A DNA stretch of 64,000 nucleotides from the human T2T-CHM13v2.0 reference genome, Homo sapiens. The notes beneath the pieces were generated by a model, which was not told where the DNA came from, ran no database searches, and saw only the letters and a list, made by a program, of their open reading frames with translations. Below are positions 1-17,126 of the stretch, piece by piece. The DNA lies in assembly GCF_009914755.1 (NCBI RefSeq), contig NC_060934.1; one strand, given 5' to 3'. Each line of letters starts with the position of its first letter. Position 1 is the stretch's first letter. A program made the position numbers and the translations under genes.

Positions 1-103
1 CCTCTAGAAAGGTGACGTTTCCTATAGATTTTTGTTTTAAGCTTGGAGCAGAGGACCATACTGTACAAACAGCAAATTAGGAAAATTAAACTTACTGTTT
101 TAG

Positions 104-422
<319 letters not shown>

Positions 423-429
423 AATCTGA

Positions 430-1430
430 GAATGCATCCTCGTGGCTAAATGACTTATTATGACTTTATCCTTCGCTCAGCTTCCCTAAACGTCACATAA
501 CCACAGCACAATTATCAAAATGTGAGAATTAATAACTGGCTAATAATCAGTGAATAATAATTAACTTGCATTTCATCAACTGTCCTATGAATAGCCTTTT
601 GGGGGTTCAGGATCAGTCCAGGGTGCGGCTGTTGGTCATCATGTCTCTTCAGTCTCCTTGAATGTGGAACGCTTCCTCCACCCGCTTTGTCTTTCGTGAT
701 TTGGACATTTCTGAGACGTCCTGGCTGGGTATTTTGTTGCACATCCCTTATTTTAGGTGTCTCATGTTGCCTTGCGATCAGATTCAGCGTATGCATTTTT
801 GGCAGGAATACCACAGATGTGACTCGGTATCCTTTCCTATGAACCATGTCGGGAAGGACGTGACGTTGATTCCGCCCATTCCTGGTGAGGTCTGCCAGAT
901 TTCTCCCCTATAAAGTTACCATTTTCCCCTTTGTAATGGATAATTGTCTGGTGGGGAGATGCTTTGAATCTGTCCATATCCTGTTTCTCATGGTATTTTG
1001 CCCACTAATTTTAACACCCACTGATGATTCTTCCCTGAAACAAGTACATTGTGGCATTCACCAAATGGTGATTTTTCTAGTTCCATGATTCCTTCTACAT
1101 GTATTGGTTGGAATTCTACTGTAAGGAAAAGCTTTCTCTCTTCCCTCATTCATTCATCTATTTATTTAAATCAGTATGGGCTCAAGATTCTTCTTTAATT
1201 CCATGGGTCACGATCCATCTACTACCATACTATCTTGTTCTTCAGACTGTCCCAGAAGAGCCCCTTCAGGTCAGCCCTGGTGTCTTTGGGACATGTCCCC
1301 ATCGTTTTGGGGCACCACAGATGCTCCCAGCTCATGTTGTGCTTTCCCACCCTAACCCTCTAACCCTCTGAGATCTCCTGGTTCCTTTAATTGGAGGATG
1401 GTATTTAGAATACCAAGACCTGGGAGGTAG
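430..1430 (-). mobile_element. Old L1 3' region fragment (L1MC-like)
   Basis: Motifs such as ttttcccctttgtaat...gtggggagatgctttga and gtaaggaaaagctttctc recur at 23580, 24720 and 52090-52600, typical of antisense L1MC 3' UTR; boundaries approximate. Confidence 0.55.
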
Positions 1431-1444
1431 ATGCACTCATTTAC

Positions 1445-1788
1445 TTTCTTTTTTTCTTCTAGCTTGCTTGCTTGTTTGTTTGCTTGCTTGCTTTTTTGCT
1501 TCTTTTGAGACAGAGTCGTGCTCTGTCACCCAGGCTGGAGGGCAGTGGTACAATCTCGGCTCACTGTAATCTCCGCCTCCTGGGTTCAAGTGATTCTCAT
1601 GCCTCAGCCTCCTGAGTAGCTGGGATTACAGACGTGTGCCACCATGCCCAGCTAATTTTTGTATTTTTAGAAGAGACAGGGTTTCACCATGTTGGCCAGG
1701 CTGGTCTCAAACTCCCGACCTCAGGTGATCCACCTGCCTCGACTTCCCAAAAGGCTGGGATTACAGGCGTGAGCCACCGCGCCCGGCC
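1445..1788 (-). mobile_element. AluS with tail mutated to (GCTT)n
   Basis: Full antisense Alu ending gcccggcc at 1788. Confidence 0.93.
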
Positions 1789-2049
1789 TCATTTACTTAC
1801 TTGCAGTGTTCATAGTTCTCTCCGATGCTGTGAATCATGAATCCTTTCACAGTTACATGCATGTGCGTGCACACACACACGAATGGTCTGAGAGCCCATG
1901 CCCCAGCAGGTGGGGTTTCTCTTGTCCTGTCCTTCTCAGCTGTGGTGCCCACCCAGGCGCCCCCTCCTCCTCACTCTTCTTGGAGACCAGAGCTTCCTAT
2001 TCACTACCCTGGGGCGGTTAAAGCAGCCCCTCTCTGCTCCCAGCTAAAC

Positions 2050-2170
2050 AATAATGATGATAATGGCAATGATCATAATGATGATGATAATGGCAATGAT
2101 CATAATGATGATGATAATGGTAATATAATAATGATGATGATAATGGTAATACTGATGATAATAACAATAG
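2050..2170. repeat. (AAT/GAT)n low-complexity repeat with 27-bp internal duplication
   Basis: atgatgataatggcaatgatcataatg repeated. Confidence 0.9.
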
Positions 2171-2383
2171 AAGCACCCATTTATTAAGCTCTCCTTGTGC
2201 TGCATGGACAAAACACAGGCTCAAAGACCGTTTTTCACACAGCATAGGAAGGGACCCAGCAGGGACTCAGACCCATCCCAGATCCCCCAGCCTTCTGGCA
2301 AACTCCAAGGAGATGGGGAGCTTGAGGAGGCGGATCCACACCACACGCGGGCCGTGGCGTGGGGACAGCCCGGTAGTGGGAAT

Positions 2384-2473
2384 GGCTCTGGACACTCACG
2401 TCGGGGATGTGGCAGAGGCCTTGGGGTGGGCTCTGGACTCTCACATCGGAGATGTGGCAGAGGCCTCGGGTGG
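2384..2473. repeat. 45-bp tandem duplication (2 copies)
   Basis: ggctctggac(a/t)ctcac(g/a)tcgg(g/a)gatgtggcagaggcct starts at 2384 and 2429. Confidence 0.9.
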
Positions 2474-3089
2474 GCGTGCACAGGAAAGGCATTGGCCTCA
2501 AGTACTCCGTGGACCTGGCTGGCCCTGCCCGCCGCACTCCTTCACACAGGTTCTTTATTGCCATTGTCCCCGCCCGCATCAAAGGATCCCAGCATGCTTC
2601 CCACAGCCTGGAATTCCTTTGCTGGGAATGGGAGACAAAGCCATACTTTCTATCATCAGAGAGGAAAGGCCCAAAATGCAAACATGCAGCCAGAGAGAGG
2701 CTGTGGCAGGCAGGAGTTTCTGAGTAGGGAGTGTCAGATCCCCTCCTACTGAGTGCCACTTTCCCTTCTGAGACAGCATGGGAGCCGTCAGCCTACGAAC
2801 TGGAGAGAACTCCAGGAAGGAGCCCTTTTCTTCCTGCAATGAGGGCAACCGGAAGCTGTGGCCACGGCACCTGCTGTCCCCGGAGCCTGGGCACCGACGT
2901 AAGGGAGGAAGGCGGCGCCTCCCTTTTCCCCTGCCCTGGCCACAGGAGCCTCAGGATTGACAGCTCATCTGCGGGTAGGTCTGCCCAGGGAGGGGTCGCT
3001 GCATAAGGGGTCTGTAGCCCCTGGGGCCCTGGGGTCCCTACCCTTGGTCACCTGCAGGCATAAGTCGCTCCTTTCCTCTTCAGCTCTGG

Positions 3090-3285
3090 GGTGTGGTCCA
3101 GAAGTAGTGGACTGAACTAAGCAGCACAATGGTCAGCATCACCTGGGACTCCGCCTAGAATGCTAGAAATGCGCATTCTTGCCCCCAATCCCCACAAGAC
3201 TTACTCAGTTAGAAACTCGGGAAACAATCAGTGTGCCCAGCCCTCCAGGTGGGTGGTTCCGATATCTGTTCAGGTTTGAGAACCT
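3090..3285. mobile_element. MER5A-like hAT DNA transposon relic
   Basis: cagcatcacctggga...tagaaatgc...gccctccaggtg...tttgagaacc motifs. Confidence 0.6.
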
Positions 3286-4061
3286 TTGTGCTCAGGACCT
3301 CCGGTTACCAAATCATGCCACTTACGGTGACCATTCTCAAAAGATGGCAGAAGGAAGAAGGATGAGGAAGACTTGAGCCTGGCCGGGCAATCCTTGGTTT
3401 CCTCATGAACCCTTGCAATCGGGTTACATTTTGAACATCACTGGGACATGCTAAGAACTCCTCTGGAGCACAGCAGTGCTCACATCAATAGTCCAGCAGA
3501 TTGAGCACGGAGATGTCAGCAGACACACTTGCAAGTTTGGTGAGTAATAATGAAAGTACTCAGTTCCGTGATTCATACTATAGTGTTGACAGGTCTGGGA
3601 ATATAGTCTTAATTTAAAATTGCTTCGGATCTTTTCTCCAGGTCTGAAAACCAGAGGGACCGTGCCCACGATCCCCGCCGTTTCCCTGACCAGCACGGCT
3701 GTGGCGAGTTCGTTGTTCAATCCCGGATGGCTCAGCAAATCCAACCCCCTCCGCCCTGTTCTATCGCCGCATGGATCTGCAGAGGCAGCCGTTCCTGCCG
3801 GGTGGATTTGCCTTCCGCGAAGGACAACACAGAACCACTCTGAGTTATTTGACACTGACATCGATCCTAGTTGGCTGACTCTGGTTGGTGGTGAGAGGAC
3901 AAATGTTCCCAGGGACTATTAAACAACCACAAAAATCTGAGAGGGCGGTTATCTGAACATGGAACAGAAACAAGACAGTAACGAGTTCCAATGTTCTTTT
4001 TTTTTTCTACACAGGATTCAAACGAACTCAGAGTAGCGAGATCAGAATACATGAATCTGAC

Positions 4062-5125
<1,064 letters not shown>

Positions 5126-6286
5126 GCAGCCACGGCCCCATCCACCTCTGAGGGCATGTGCTCTGGCCTTACTATGACGGCGGCGGTGGCGAGTCTGATA
5201 CAGGCGGGATGATGCACGCTTTATCTGGAACCCTTGGCCTTGGATAAAATTTGTCTTCTGTAGCAGTTACGTCCATGGAGCTAAGTCCAGGTCCACCTGC
5301 CATTGCAATTATGGCAGGGAAAAGGACAGAGGGAGCTGACGATTACACCTAACTTTGGATTTGGGGCACCCTTCTGTTCCCCCACTTCCTGCTTCGCTGA
5401 CACTCACACCCCCAAAGGCGGTGGCGCAGAAGCTGAAATCAGGGCTCAGGACTCCATCTACAGCCAGGCCCACGAGCAGGGTCTGTTCTGAAGGCTCCAC
5501 CAGCAGCTGTGTCCCAAGCCAACTGGCAAGACACCGTCCCACCCGACAGTGGCTTCCTCCCCGTGGCGTCATCTCCCTTCCAAAGAGGGAGGAATTTGGA
5601 CTATTACCCACGAACGATAGCAGGCTAAGAAACAAATTATGATTACGAAAGATTAAAGAAAAAAAAAACCACCCACACCTACTGGCTGTACCTTTCCTGC
5701 ATGATTTTTGCCACCGCATGGGAAGCGGGCCAATTGCTATTTGCCTGGGTGTTTTAAATATCAGGAGATCAGGAGATTTGCTCCTGACATAATTTTTTTT
5801 CGAAGTGCAACAGAAAATAGCACTTTTCACAACAATTAACTGTTAACTGGCTCCAAAGAAGGTCTGCTTGTTAGACATTAGGGAGGAATAGAAGGCATCT
5901 TCTCAGATGTTGGCCTTTGCGGAGGCAAGGTCAGTGGTGCCGGGAGGTGACTCCCTGCATTTCCGTATGTCCGTTTCTTAAGTCGCACTATTACTTCCCT
6001 TGAGTAAGGGACGTAATATTGAGTAATATTTATTGAGCTGTGTGTGAGAGACTGTTTCAGGCTCCGGGAAAACAGCGAACAAAATAAAAACAAATTGGCT
6101 GCTTTCATAGACCCCACACACTAATAAGCACATAGGGAGTCGGTCAGGCGGTGACCCGTGCGGTGGAGAGAAGGCAGCCGGCGGGACGTGGAAGGGTCGA
6201 GGTTAAACCGAGGTAGTGGGGAGGCCCCCAGTGAAAGACGCGAGTTTCCGGGGTGCTCCCTCTAGCCAGCAGTTAATTGCAATTCT

Positions 6287-6638
6287 GCCGGGCGCGGTGG
6301 CTCACGCCTGTAATCCCAGCACTTTGCGAGGCCGAGGTGGGCAGATCACTTTAAACCAGGAGTTCCCGACCAGCCTGGGCAACATGACAATACCCGTTTC
6401 TACAAAAACATTTAGAAAAATTATCTGGGCGTGGTGGCGCACGCCTGTAATCCCAGCTACTTGGGAGGCTGAAGCAGGAGTATGGGTTGAGCCTGGGGAG
6501 GTGGAGGCTGCAGTGAGCTATGATCGCACCGCTGCACTCCAGCCTGGGCGACAGAGTGAGATCCTGTCTCAAAACACACACACACACACACACCCCCCAA
6601 AACAACAAACAAAAAAAAAAAAAGAGAGAAAGAAAAAA
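6287..6638 (+). mobile_element. AluJ with (CA)n-containing tail
   Basis: gccgggcgcggtggctcacgcctgtaatcccagc... to A-rich tail. Confidence 0.93.
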
Positions 6639-6849
6639 TTACACAATTTCAGTTTGTTCAATTTGAGTCAGCTGGTGATTCGAGCGTGTCCCCTGTGCCC
6701 GTAGGACATAAAAGTAAAAATAAGATGGAATTCCCTCAGGTCTCGTCCTTCGGGAAGGATGGCTCGGAACAGCCCGAAAGAGAAAAGGGAGTTGGTTTCT
6801 TCCCGGACCAGTTTTCCCCTGTCCCGTGGAGTCCACAAGACAGGCGGCA

Positions 6850-8100
6850 GCTTCAAGGCCGGCAAGTTCCGCGTCTGGGGGGCTGCGGGCCGCCCCTGCG
6901 GGACCGGGGGGATCTGGGCGGGACAGGGCGGCCCGGCCCACGCCCCGGCTTCCCCCAGCAGCCCGAGGGCGCCCGGAGCTCACGGCTGGCGCCGCCCCGC
7001 GCTTCCTGCCTCGCCGCGGATCCTCCTCCGCGCCGTGACGCGCCAGGCTTTGACCAAATATGTCCCTTTCCCCTCCCTCGCCCGCCCCGCCGCCCGCAGG
7101 CGCCCCGAGTCGCGGGGCTGCCGCTTGGACGTCGTCCTGTCTGGGTGTCGCGGGCCGGCCCCGCGGGGAGCGCCCCCGGCGCGATGCCCTTCAGGAAAGG
7201 TAGGAGTCCCGGTGACGCGGCCCACGCCCCCAGCGCGCGCGGGGACCTGAGCGGCCGCCTGTGGGTACCCGAGCCTTGGGTCCTCGCCAGGCGCGGAAGC
7301 ACTGTGCACCCGGGCTGCGGCGGTGCCGCCCGGGGCCAAGCGAGACGCGCTCCGCCTTGTCCCCTCCGCCCTGCGCTGCGCCCCGGACCCGCGTGTCCCT
7401 CCAGATCCGCACTGTCTCCTCCGGTCCTGCGTGTCCCCTCCGGCCCCACGCGTCCCCCTCCGGCCTCGCGTCTCCTTTCCGGCCTCGCGTCTCCTTTCCG
7501 GCCCCGCGTCTCCTCTGCAGCCCCGCATTGTGCCTCCAGACCCGCGCTACCTCCTCCAGACCCGCGCGTCCCCTCTGGCGACTCCGCGGCCGCCACCACG
7601 TGCCCGAGCCGGGGGCGGCACTTGCAGCGAATTCCCGCTTCCCGCTGCGCTCCAGCCCCGGGCCGCAGATATACCAGGGCTCCGGACCCGGAGAGACCCG
7701 GAGGGCGGCGGGGCCCGGGGTCCTGAGGGCGGGATTGGTGGGCTCGGGGGCACGGAGAGGGGCAGCGCGGCGCGGGAGGTGGGCAGCTCTGGCCTGAGTC
7801 CCACCTTTGCCCCTCCCGCCCTCTGACCCCCGGGCAGTCATTTCAGCCCCCAGCCCCAGTTGCCTCCTGGGCAAAACCGACAGATGGCTAGGGACGGCCG
7901 CGTGAGGATGGGAGCCGTCCCCAGAAAAGCAAACTCAGGCCCGCTGATGAGCGCGGCCCGGCCCCTCCTGCAGGGGCTGCCCTCCGCCTTCTCCGCCCTG
8001 CGTGCCAGAAAGGCCCGGCTACCTGGTGTTCCCTACCCGCACCGGGGGGTCCCAGCGCACCGGACCCCGGTTTACAGGCCGGGTGGTTGGAGGCCCAGCA
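6850..8100. promoter_or_regulatory. CpG island 1, probable promoter (likely minus-strand TSS near 7640)
   Basis: Very GC- and CpG-rich. On the minus strand the order is CCAAT (7738-7734), GC box (7727-7732), TATATC (7673-7668). E-box CACGTG at 7597-7602. Confidence 0.8.
7381..7576. repeat. GC-rich minisatellite, about 19-21-bp unit x about 10
   Basis: Units such as cggcctcgcgtctcctttc and cagacccgcgcgtcccctc. Confidence 0.88.
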
Positions 8101-9941
8101 CTGCCCAGAGCCCTGGGCCCCTCTCAGCTCAAAGACCCGGGAGAGAAGTGGGAGCTGCAGAAGTGTGGGGAGGGGGGCCTCGATTTGACTTTCAAATCAG
8201 AGTTGTGTGACTCCTGCGCCGTCTGTTTGGGTTAGGAGGGGTTGAGCTCTGGTGATGATTGTCACTCAACACCCGAGACTCCCCCACTGCGACCTGGGCA
8301 CACTAAGGACGTTGAGGACTGGGGGTGTGTGTGGGGGGAGCCTGCCCTCCCCTGGCACTGGGCCTGTGCTGTGCCGTCTCTCCCTTCCCGCACCCACCCA
8401 TCTGCCTCTCTTCTCTCATAACTCAGAGGCACGGCCAGCGTGATGCTACGGTTGCCTGGAGGCTGTACCGGACTTGTTTTTCAAACAGAGGGTGCCTAGG
8501 TATCAGCGTGGGCTCCTGGCGGTGAAGGGGGTGGCTGCTGACTCTCCTGTCCCGTTGGGGTAGAGAGATGGGGGAGGGTGGCCAGAAGGAAGGTGACAGC
8601 CAGCAAGCAGGGGCTCTGCCACTCCTCTGTCAGCTGGACACGTTTAGTCCCAAGGCCACTGTCTTCGGTGTCTCCATTAATCCAGGTATGATTCGGCCAC
8701 CTTGACTCTGTGGGTTCTCTGGAGGCTCTCAGAGTGTCCCTCCCCCCCTACTCATTAACTGCAGGGGACAATCATTTATCTCTGACTTCATCGCTTCTGC
8801 CCACTTTTGTCGATGTAGGCTCTGGTTGGGAAACTCCTAAAAGGGACAGACTTCTGTTTACTTGTGCGCTCAGTAGAGAGCCTTATGCGGCAAAGTATTA
8901 AATAGCCAAGCTGCTAATGTATTGTTTGCATATGAAGATTTTGCTTTATGACAGCGTATTTTAGTGCATTATTAGATCACACAGGACAAAACATTTGCAA
9001 ACTGCCAACCAAGGTAAGCTTTGGTTTTTTGGTTATTATCATTGTTTAATCTGAAGAGACCTTGCTGCATGAAGAGGAAAATGTTATCCTTGCATTTGGC
9101 AGATGCTACTTCCTGGAGGTCCCAGAGTGTAAGAAACTGTTGCTTGGCATAAGTGCTGTCTGCGTTTCCCGGTCGCCCTGGTGTGAGCCAGGGCACAGGC
9201 TCTTGGAGGCTTTATCGAGGCAGAGCTTCCCCAGTTGCAGGTGGGACCTCTCACTTAGAAGTAAGCACAGCAAGTGGGAACTGCAGGGAGCCAGGCCGCG
9301 GCTGGGTTTGGTGCTGAGCCGTGGTCTGAAGCTGCCTGGAGGGGACAAGGTCCTCCTGTGAGGGACAGCACGGCACGTCAACCCTGCACTGACGGAGGTG
9401 CAGGAGACGCCAGTGCAGCTACTCTTCTGTATTTTTTGACCTTTGAGCGATCTGAATGTGTTAACTATTCAGAAAAGTAATTTAAAAATTGGGAAATGAA
9501 AAGACTTTGCCGCCCTGCTCCCAAAACCAAGAGAAGCCATCCGGAGAAGGCGTCCATCCTCTGCGGGCTGGAAGCTGAGCAGGGACAGCTGCGGATTCCC
9601 TCCCCAGGCTGTGCTTCTGCCTCTTGACAAGCTTCAGACTTTGGGATCAGCTCCGTCAGGGGCCCAGCGGGTACCAGGCAAGTCGAGGAGTTTAATGATG
9701 GGGAGATTTGGGTAGGAGATAGGAAAACCGTAAGGGATAGTGCAGAGCCCTGGGCATTAGCACCTTGAGGTTTAAAATGTCAAGTGGCAGAGCCAAAACT
9801 AGGGACAGCCTGACAGGGACTGTGGCCTCTGTTGGAGGGGGCGGGCAGTGTGTAGCCTGCAGAGAGGGAGCTGGGAGAATCCTCAACCTAGACCTCACTC
9901 CTTCCTCCCTCTGATCTCATGGCTTTGGCAGCCAGAGGGCC

Positions 9942-10058
9942 GGGGAGCCTGACGGGGTGGTCCATACAGGGGACCTGACGGGGTGGTCCATACAGGGGAT
10001 CCTGATGGGGTGGTCCATACAGGGGAGCCTGACGGGGTGGTCCATACAGGGGAGTCTG
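9942..10058. repeat. Minisatellite, about 28-bp unit x4
   Basis: cctga(c/t)ggggtggtccatacagggg repeated four times. Confidence 0.93.
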
Positions 10059-10479
10059 CTGGGACACAGAGCTGGGTGGATTTCCCTTTTGGAGGAGAGA
10101 GGGTCTTCAGGGTACAACAGAGAAGCAACCAAAGATCTTAGGTGCTGGTCCTGTCCCTCACTTATGGGAGGAACTAGTGGACAGCTACTGAATGTAGTTA
10201 TGGGAAAGATGAGTGGTTGTGTACCACGGCATTCATTCATTCTCTAGATTGGGCACTTGCTATGCACCAGCACACGCTAGGTACCAGCTGAACAGCAAGA
10301 CATGGCGTCTCCTCCCTGGAGCCCACCTCCTGTGCTCTCCAGCAAGTGCCAGGGAGGGGAGTCAGAAGTCCAAATGTAGAGCAGTTCTCAGTAGGAAGCC
10401 CCACCTGAGGAGGCTGAACTCCGCATGGAGAGGGTGTGGCACTGGTTGACCTCCTGGACTGTCACACAGGCTGTGGTTA

Positions 10480-11395
10480 GGTTGGTGCCATGGTGCTGGC
10501 TAGAATGGAGCCAGAGGGACTTAGACCTCATATTGCACCTGTCCAACATGGACCACAGTGGTATGGCACGTGGCAGGCAGGAACCATACCAAGTGGGTGG
10601 TGGCTGCATCTGGGCCATGTCCCCTATGCTCAGCGTGAGGCTGGAGCAGCAGCTGACAGTGGCAGTCCTGGCCCAGGTGGGGGAAGGATGGTGCAAGCAT
10701 TGCCTTCAGGGCTCACAGCTCTTCCTGTGGGTCTCCAGGGTGACGGTGGTTAGAGTGGGAGGAAGGTCTGAGTCTTTGGCCAATCTGTCTAGAAGAAGGA
10801 GAAGTTAGTATCTTGACGTGAAACATAAAAGAAATTCATGAGACGAAAAGGAGGCAGGAAGCACTTCAGCTGGACACGGAGAGGAAAGTCATGCATATCA
10901 TGACTAACTTTGGGAACCACAATGGAGGGACGCTGGGGCAGTTCTTCCTCTGCAAGAACTTCTCTCCTTAGAAATCGAATAGATGGGCCAGTGTGGTGGC
11001 TCATGCCTGTAATCCCAGCACTTTGGGAGGCCGAGGTGGGAGGATCACTTAAGGCCAGGAATTTGAGACCAGGCTAGACAACATAGCGAGACCCTCTCTC
11101 TACCAAAAAAATTAAAAATCAGCTGGGGGTGGTGGCGTGAACTTGTAGTCCCAGCTACTCTGGAGTCTGAGATGGGAGGATTGCTTGAGCCCAGGAGTTC
11201 AAGGCTGCAGTGAGCTACGATCACACCACTGCACTCCAGCCTGAGTGACAGAGCAAGACCCTGTCTCTCTAAAGAGAAATAAATAAGACAGATGGTGTAG
11301 ACGGTGACTCATCTCAGGTGATGGAGGCGTGGCTCTAAGAGACTGTGGTCTTGAATAAATCGTTGAGGTCCTTTTCAAGTCTAGAATCCTATAAC
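10480..11395 (+). mobile_element. L3/CR1 3' relic interrupted by AluJ (10986-11288, plus)
   Basis: Degenerate CR1-type sequence ending gaggtccttttcaagtctagaatcctat; the Alu is unambiguous, the L3 call is tentative. Confidence 0.45.
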
Positions 11396-11494
11396 AATGT
11401 CTTCAGACAGCAGTGTTCCAAGGATTTTTGTACGTTCCACCTTCAGAGGGACAAGGGAATAGCAGGTGAAAGTTCTAATAATAAATAACAATAA

Positions 11495-12052
<558 letters not shown>

Positions 12053-12074
12053 AATGCACTGTGTGACCTTACTA

Positions 12075-12250
12075 TAATATCCTCCAGTTCCATCCCAAGG
12101 ATTTCACTCTTTTTTATGGCCGAGTAGTATTCCATGTTGTATATGTACATTTTCTGTATCCATTCATCTGTTTTTGGACACCTAGGTTGATTCCATGTCT
12201 TGGCCGTTGTGAATAGCGCTGCAATAAACATGGGGTTTGGATGTCTCTTC
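12075..12250 (-). mobile_element. L1MA/MB 3' fragment
   Basis: gagtagtattccat...tatccattcatctg...gttgattccat...tgtgaatagcgctgcaataaacatggg. Confidence 0.8.
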
Positions 12251-12529
12251 ACGCCTTTTAAGTTCATGCCTTTTCTGTCACCTTTTCCATTGATTCTATG
12301 CACATAGCACCTCTTGCAGGCATATCTTGTCCCATAACCAGACCGGAACACTCATTTGTTCTCAGAATGCTTTCTGCATGGTAACTTGGAGAGCTATTTG
12401 AGTTACGGTCTATACCTCATGCTTATATTGGACCTGGTGGTAGCAAGTGTTTCATAAATTCTTCTACTTGGTTAATCTGTCATTTTCTTTTGGAATGAGT
12501 AGTTGCAGAGCCACATTAAGATCCTTATA

Positions 12530-13216
12530 GGCCAGGCACGGTGGCTCATGCCTGTAACCCAGCACGTTGGACGGCTGAGTAAGGTCAGAGGATTACTTCA
12601 GACCAGGCGTTCGAGACCAGCCTGACCAACATGGTGAAACCCTGTCTCTACTAAAAATACAAAAATTAACTGGGCGTGGTGGTGGGCGCCTGTAATCCCA
12701 GCTACTCAGGAGACTGAGGCACGAGAATCACTTGAACCTAGGAGGCGGAGGTTGTGGTGAGCTGAAATCGTGGCCACTGCACTCCAGCCGGGGCGACAGA
12801 GCGAGACTGTCTCAAAAATAACAATAATAATAAATCCTTATAAACCCTAAATGCTGAAAGATGATGGCATTTCCCCATGCGTAATTTAAAATAAAGACAA
12901 TACCCAGGCTGTGCGTGGTGGCTCACGCCTGTAATCCCAGCTCTTCGGGAGGCCGAGGCGAGTGGATCACTTGACGTCAGGAGTTTGAGACCAGCCTGAC
13001 CAACATGGTGAAACCCCGTCTCTACTAAAAGTATGAACAATTAGCCAGGTATGGTGGCGGGCACCTGTAATTTCAGCTATTCCGGAGGCTGAGGCAGGAG
13101 AACCGCTTGAACCTGGGGGGGCGGAGATTGCAGTGAGCCAAGATCCTGCCACTGCACCCTGGCCTGGGCGACAGAGCCAAACTCAGTCTCAGAACAACAA
13201 CAACAAAAAGCAAAAA
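12530..13216 (+). mobile_element. Two sense AluS elements (12530-12835 and 12907-13216)
   Basis: Standard Alu consensus; the first is flanked by the repeat atccttata. Confidence 0.93.
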
Positions 13217-14788
13217 TTGCCTATCATTCATGACGGCAGGGGAAGAGTTCCAAGATTTCCAGCTGGGCGGTTGAGACGGTGGACCAGGACAGCAGGGAGA
13301 CGGACACAGGGAGGGAGCCCCAGTCTGTGGAACACCATCCCACTTACCGTAGCTCCCCACTGGCAGTGTGTATGAGTCTTGGTGGTATCTTGTGTGCGGG
13401 TCTGAGCTAGGGGGCGTGGCCCCAGGAGCGTCCAAGGTTCTGGTTGGGGCAGCCACAAGGTGTCTGAAGAGCAGCGGGGTTTGGTCGTCCTGGCACTTCC
13501 GCAAGCAGCCTTTCCAGCTGTAGCTCCGGAAGGTGCTCTGACATGACAGTTCAAAAACACACTTCCCCCTGGCCTGGGCTTCAACACTCACTTGTCAGAA
13601 AGTGAGGTCCTGTATGCCCCAGTCCTCGGCCAGAGAAGCAAGAAGCAGATTTCCCAGAGGCTGTGGCCCCTTGCATTGGTGAGGACACTGGGGTGCTACC
13701 TCTGTTTGAGGGGTGACTGACAACTGTGCTTTCTTAGGGTGGAGTTGGTCTGCTGTCGTGACTGTCTGCTTGAGATACTGACCCCTGGCGATCAGATTCT
13801 GGAAGTCCTCTCCTGAGGCTGCTGAAGTCGTCCCAGAGGCTTGTCCAGCCACAGCAGTGGAGAAAGATCCAATCAGGCAGGCAGGGGCAAACGGGAAGTC
13901 GGGAGGGTACCCTCCCCGCTCCCTGAGAAGTGTGGACTTTCAAAAGGAAGTGAGAAAGAGGAAGGTCTTGCCTAGGCATGGGGTAGACCTGTTTGATGCA
14001 GGCGGACTTCAGGGAAAGCTGGTCCTCAGTGCCACAGTGCTGTGGCTGTCGGGCGGCAGGCACTGGCTCACAGCCGTGGTGGGGACGCCTTGTTTCTCGG
14101 AAGGACAGAACCGCCCTCCTGCAGCTCCTGTTCCTGGCTTCACATTAGAATTAACTGGGGAGCTAAAAAAAAAAAAAAAACCTGATGCCCCAGAAATTCT
14201 GATTTGATAGTTTCTGCCTTGATGCCTAGACAAAAAATGTCCTGAAACAATACTTCACCTCAGACAATACTGTACATGCTGATGTTTTCTAGTCTGTTCC
14301 ATTTCATTAAGAAAGATTCTGGTCTTATTCCAGTAAATTGATTTCAAGGCCACTAATGGGTGGTGACCCACACTTTTGAGATGCCTGTTCCGGGCATCAC
14401 CTCCCACTGCAGAGCCTGGGGAGCCGGACAGCTCCCTTCCCAGGCTCTGCAGTGGGAACTGATGCCTGGAACAGTTCCTGCAGCCGGTCTCCAGTGTGAT
14501 TCAGGTCCTGCGGCAAGTTCTAGGTGGTCCAAGTGAGGCAGAAGCCTTGCTGGAGGCTTTACCCGTCCACACTGCTGTGGAGCCTCTGAGCCTCCATGGA
14601 GGCTCCCCAAGCCAGGCAGCAGGGGAGGAAGCGTCTGGTAGGAGGGTGGAAGGCATCACGATAACTAGCCACCTGCAAGGGCTAAATCTCTCTGGGACGT
14701 TTGCACGAGGAACATTCCGAACCCATGAATAGAGGAGGGCTGCGGATCTGGTAGCTGAGGAAATTCAGTAGAAAAGCGAGAAATGTAT

Positions 14789-15395
<607 letters not shown>

Positions 15396-15489
15396 AGAGA
15401 AAAGCAAGAAATGTAATTGAAAGGCCGATGGGCTGCCCTGTCCTGCGGGTGCCTACCCTCATTTGTGATGCAACTGAAGTCACTTCCAT

Positions 15490-17030
<1,541 letters not shown>

Positions 17031-17126
17031 GGCCTGGGTTGTAGTGAGCTGCGGGGAGCCCGCACTGCCACAGCAGCTGCACCTCCTCTAGGCCCTGTCC
17101 TTGGTAGAGGCTGTGAGTGGCCCGTA

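Noticed and set aside
1837-2245. Asn/Asp-rich and His/Tyr-rich ORFs
   Set aside because: Translation of an AAT/GAT simple repeat
6142-6156. GGTCA-N5-TGACC inverted half-sites
   Set aside because: The spacer is 5 rather than 3, so it is not an ERE; could be chance
6686-7874. Long overlapping ORFs (346, 248 and 227 aa) in island 1
   Set aside because: Pro/Arg/Gly/Ala-rich and open in most frames because of GC content and the VNTR; no recognisable protein
9942-10058. 28-bp repeats resembling a CRISPR array
   Set aside because: Head-to-tail with no unique spacers, and the DNA is primate
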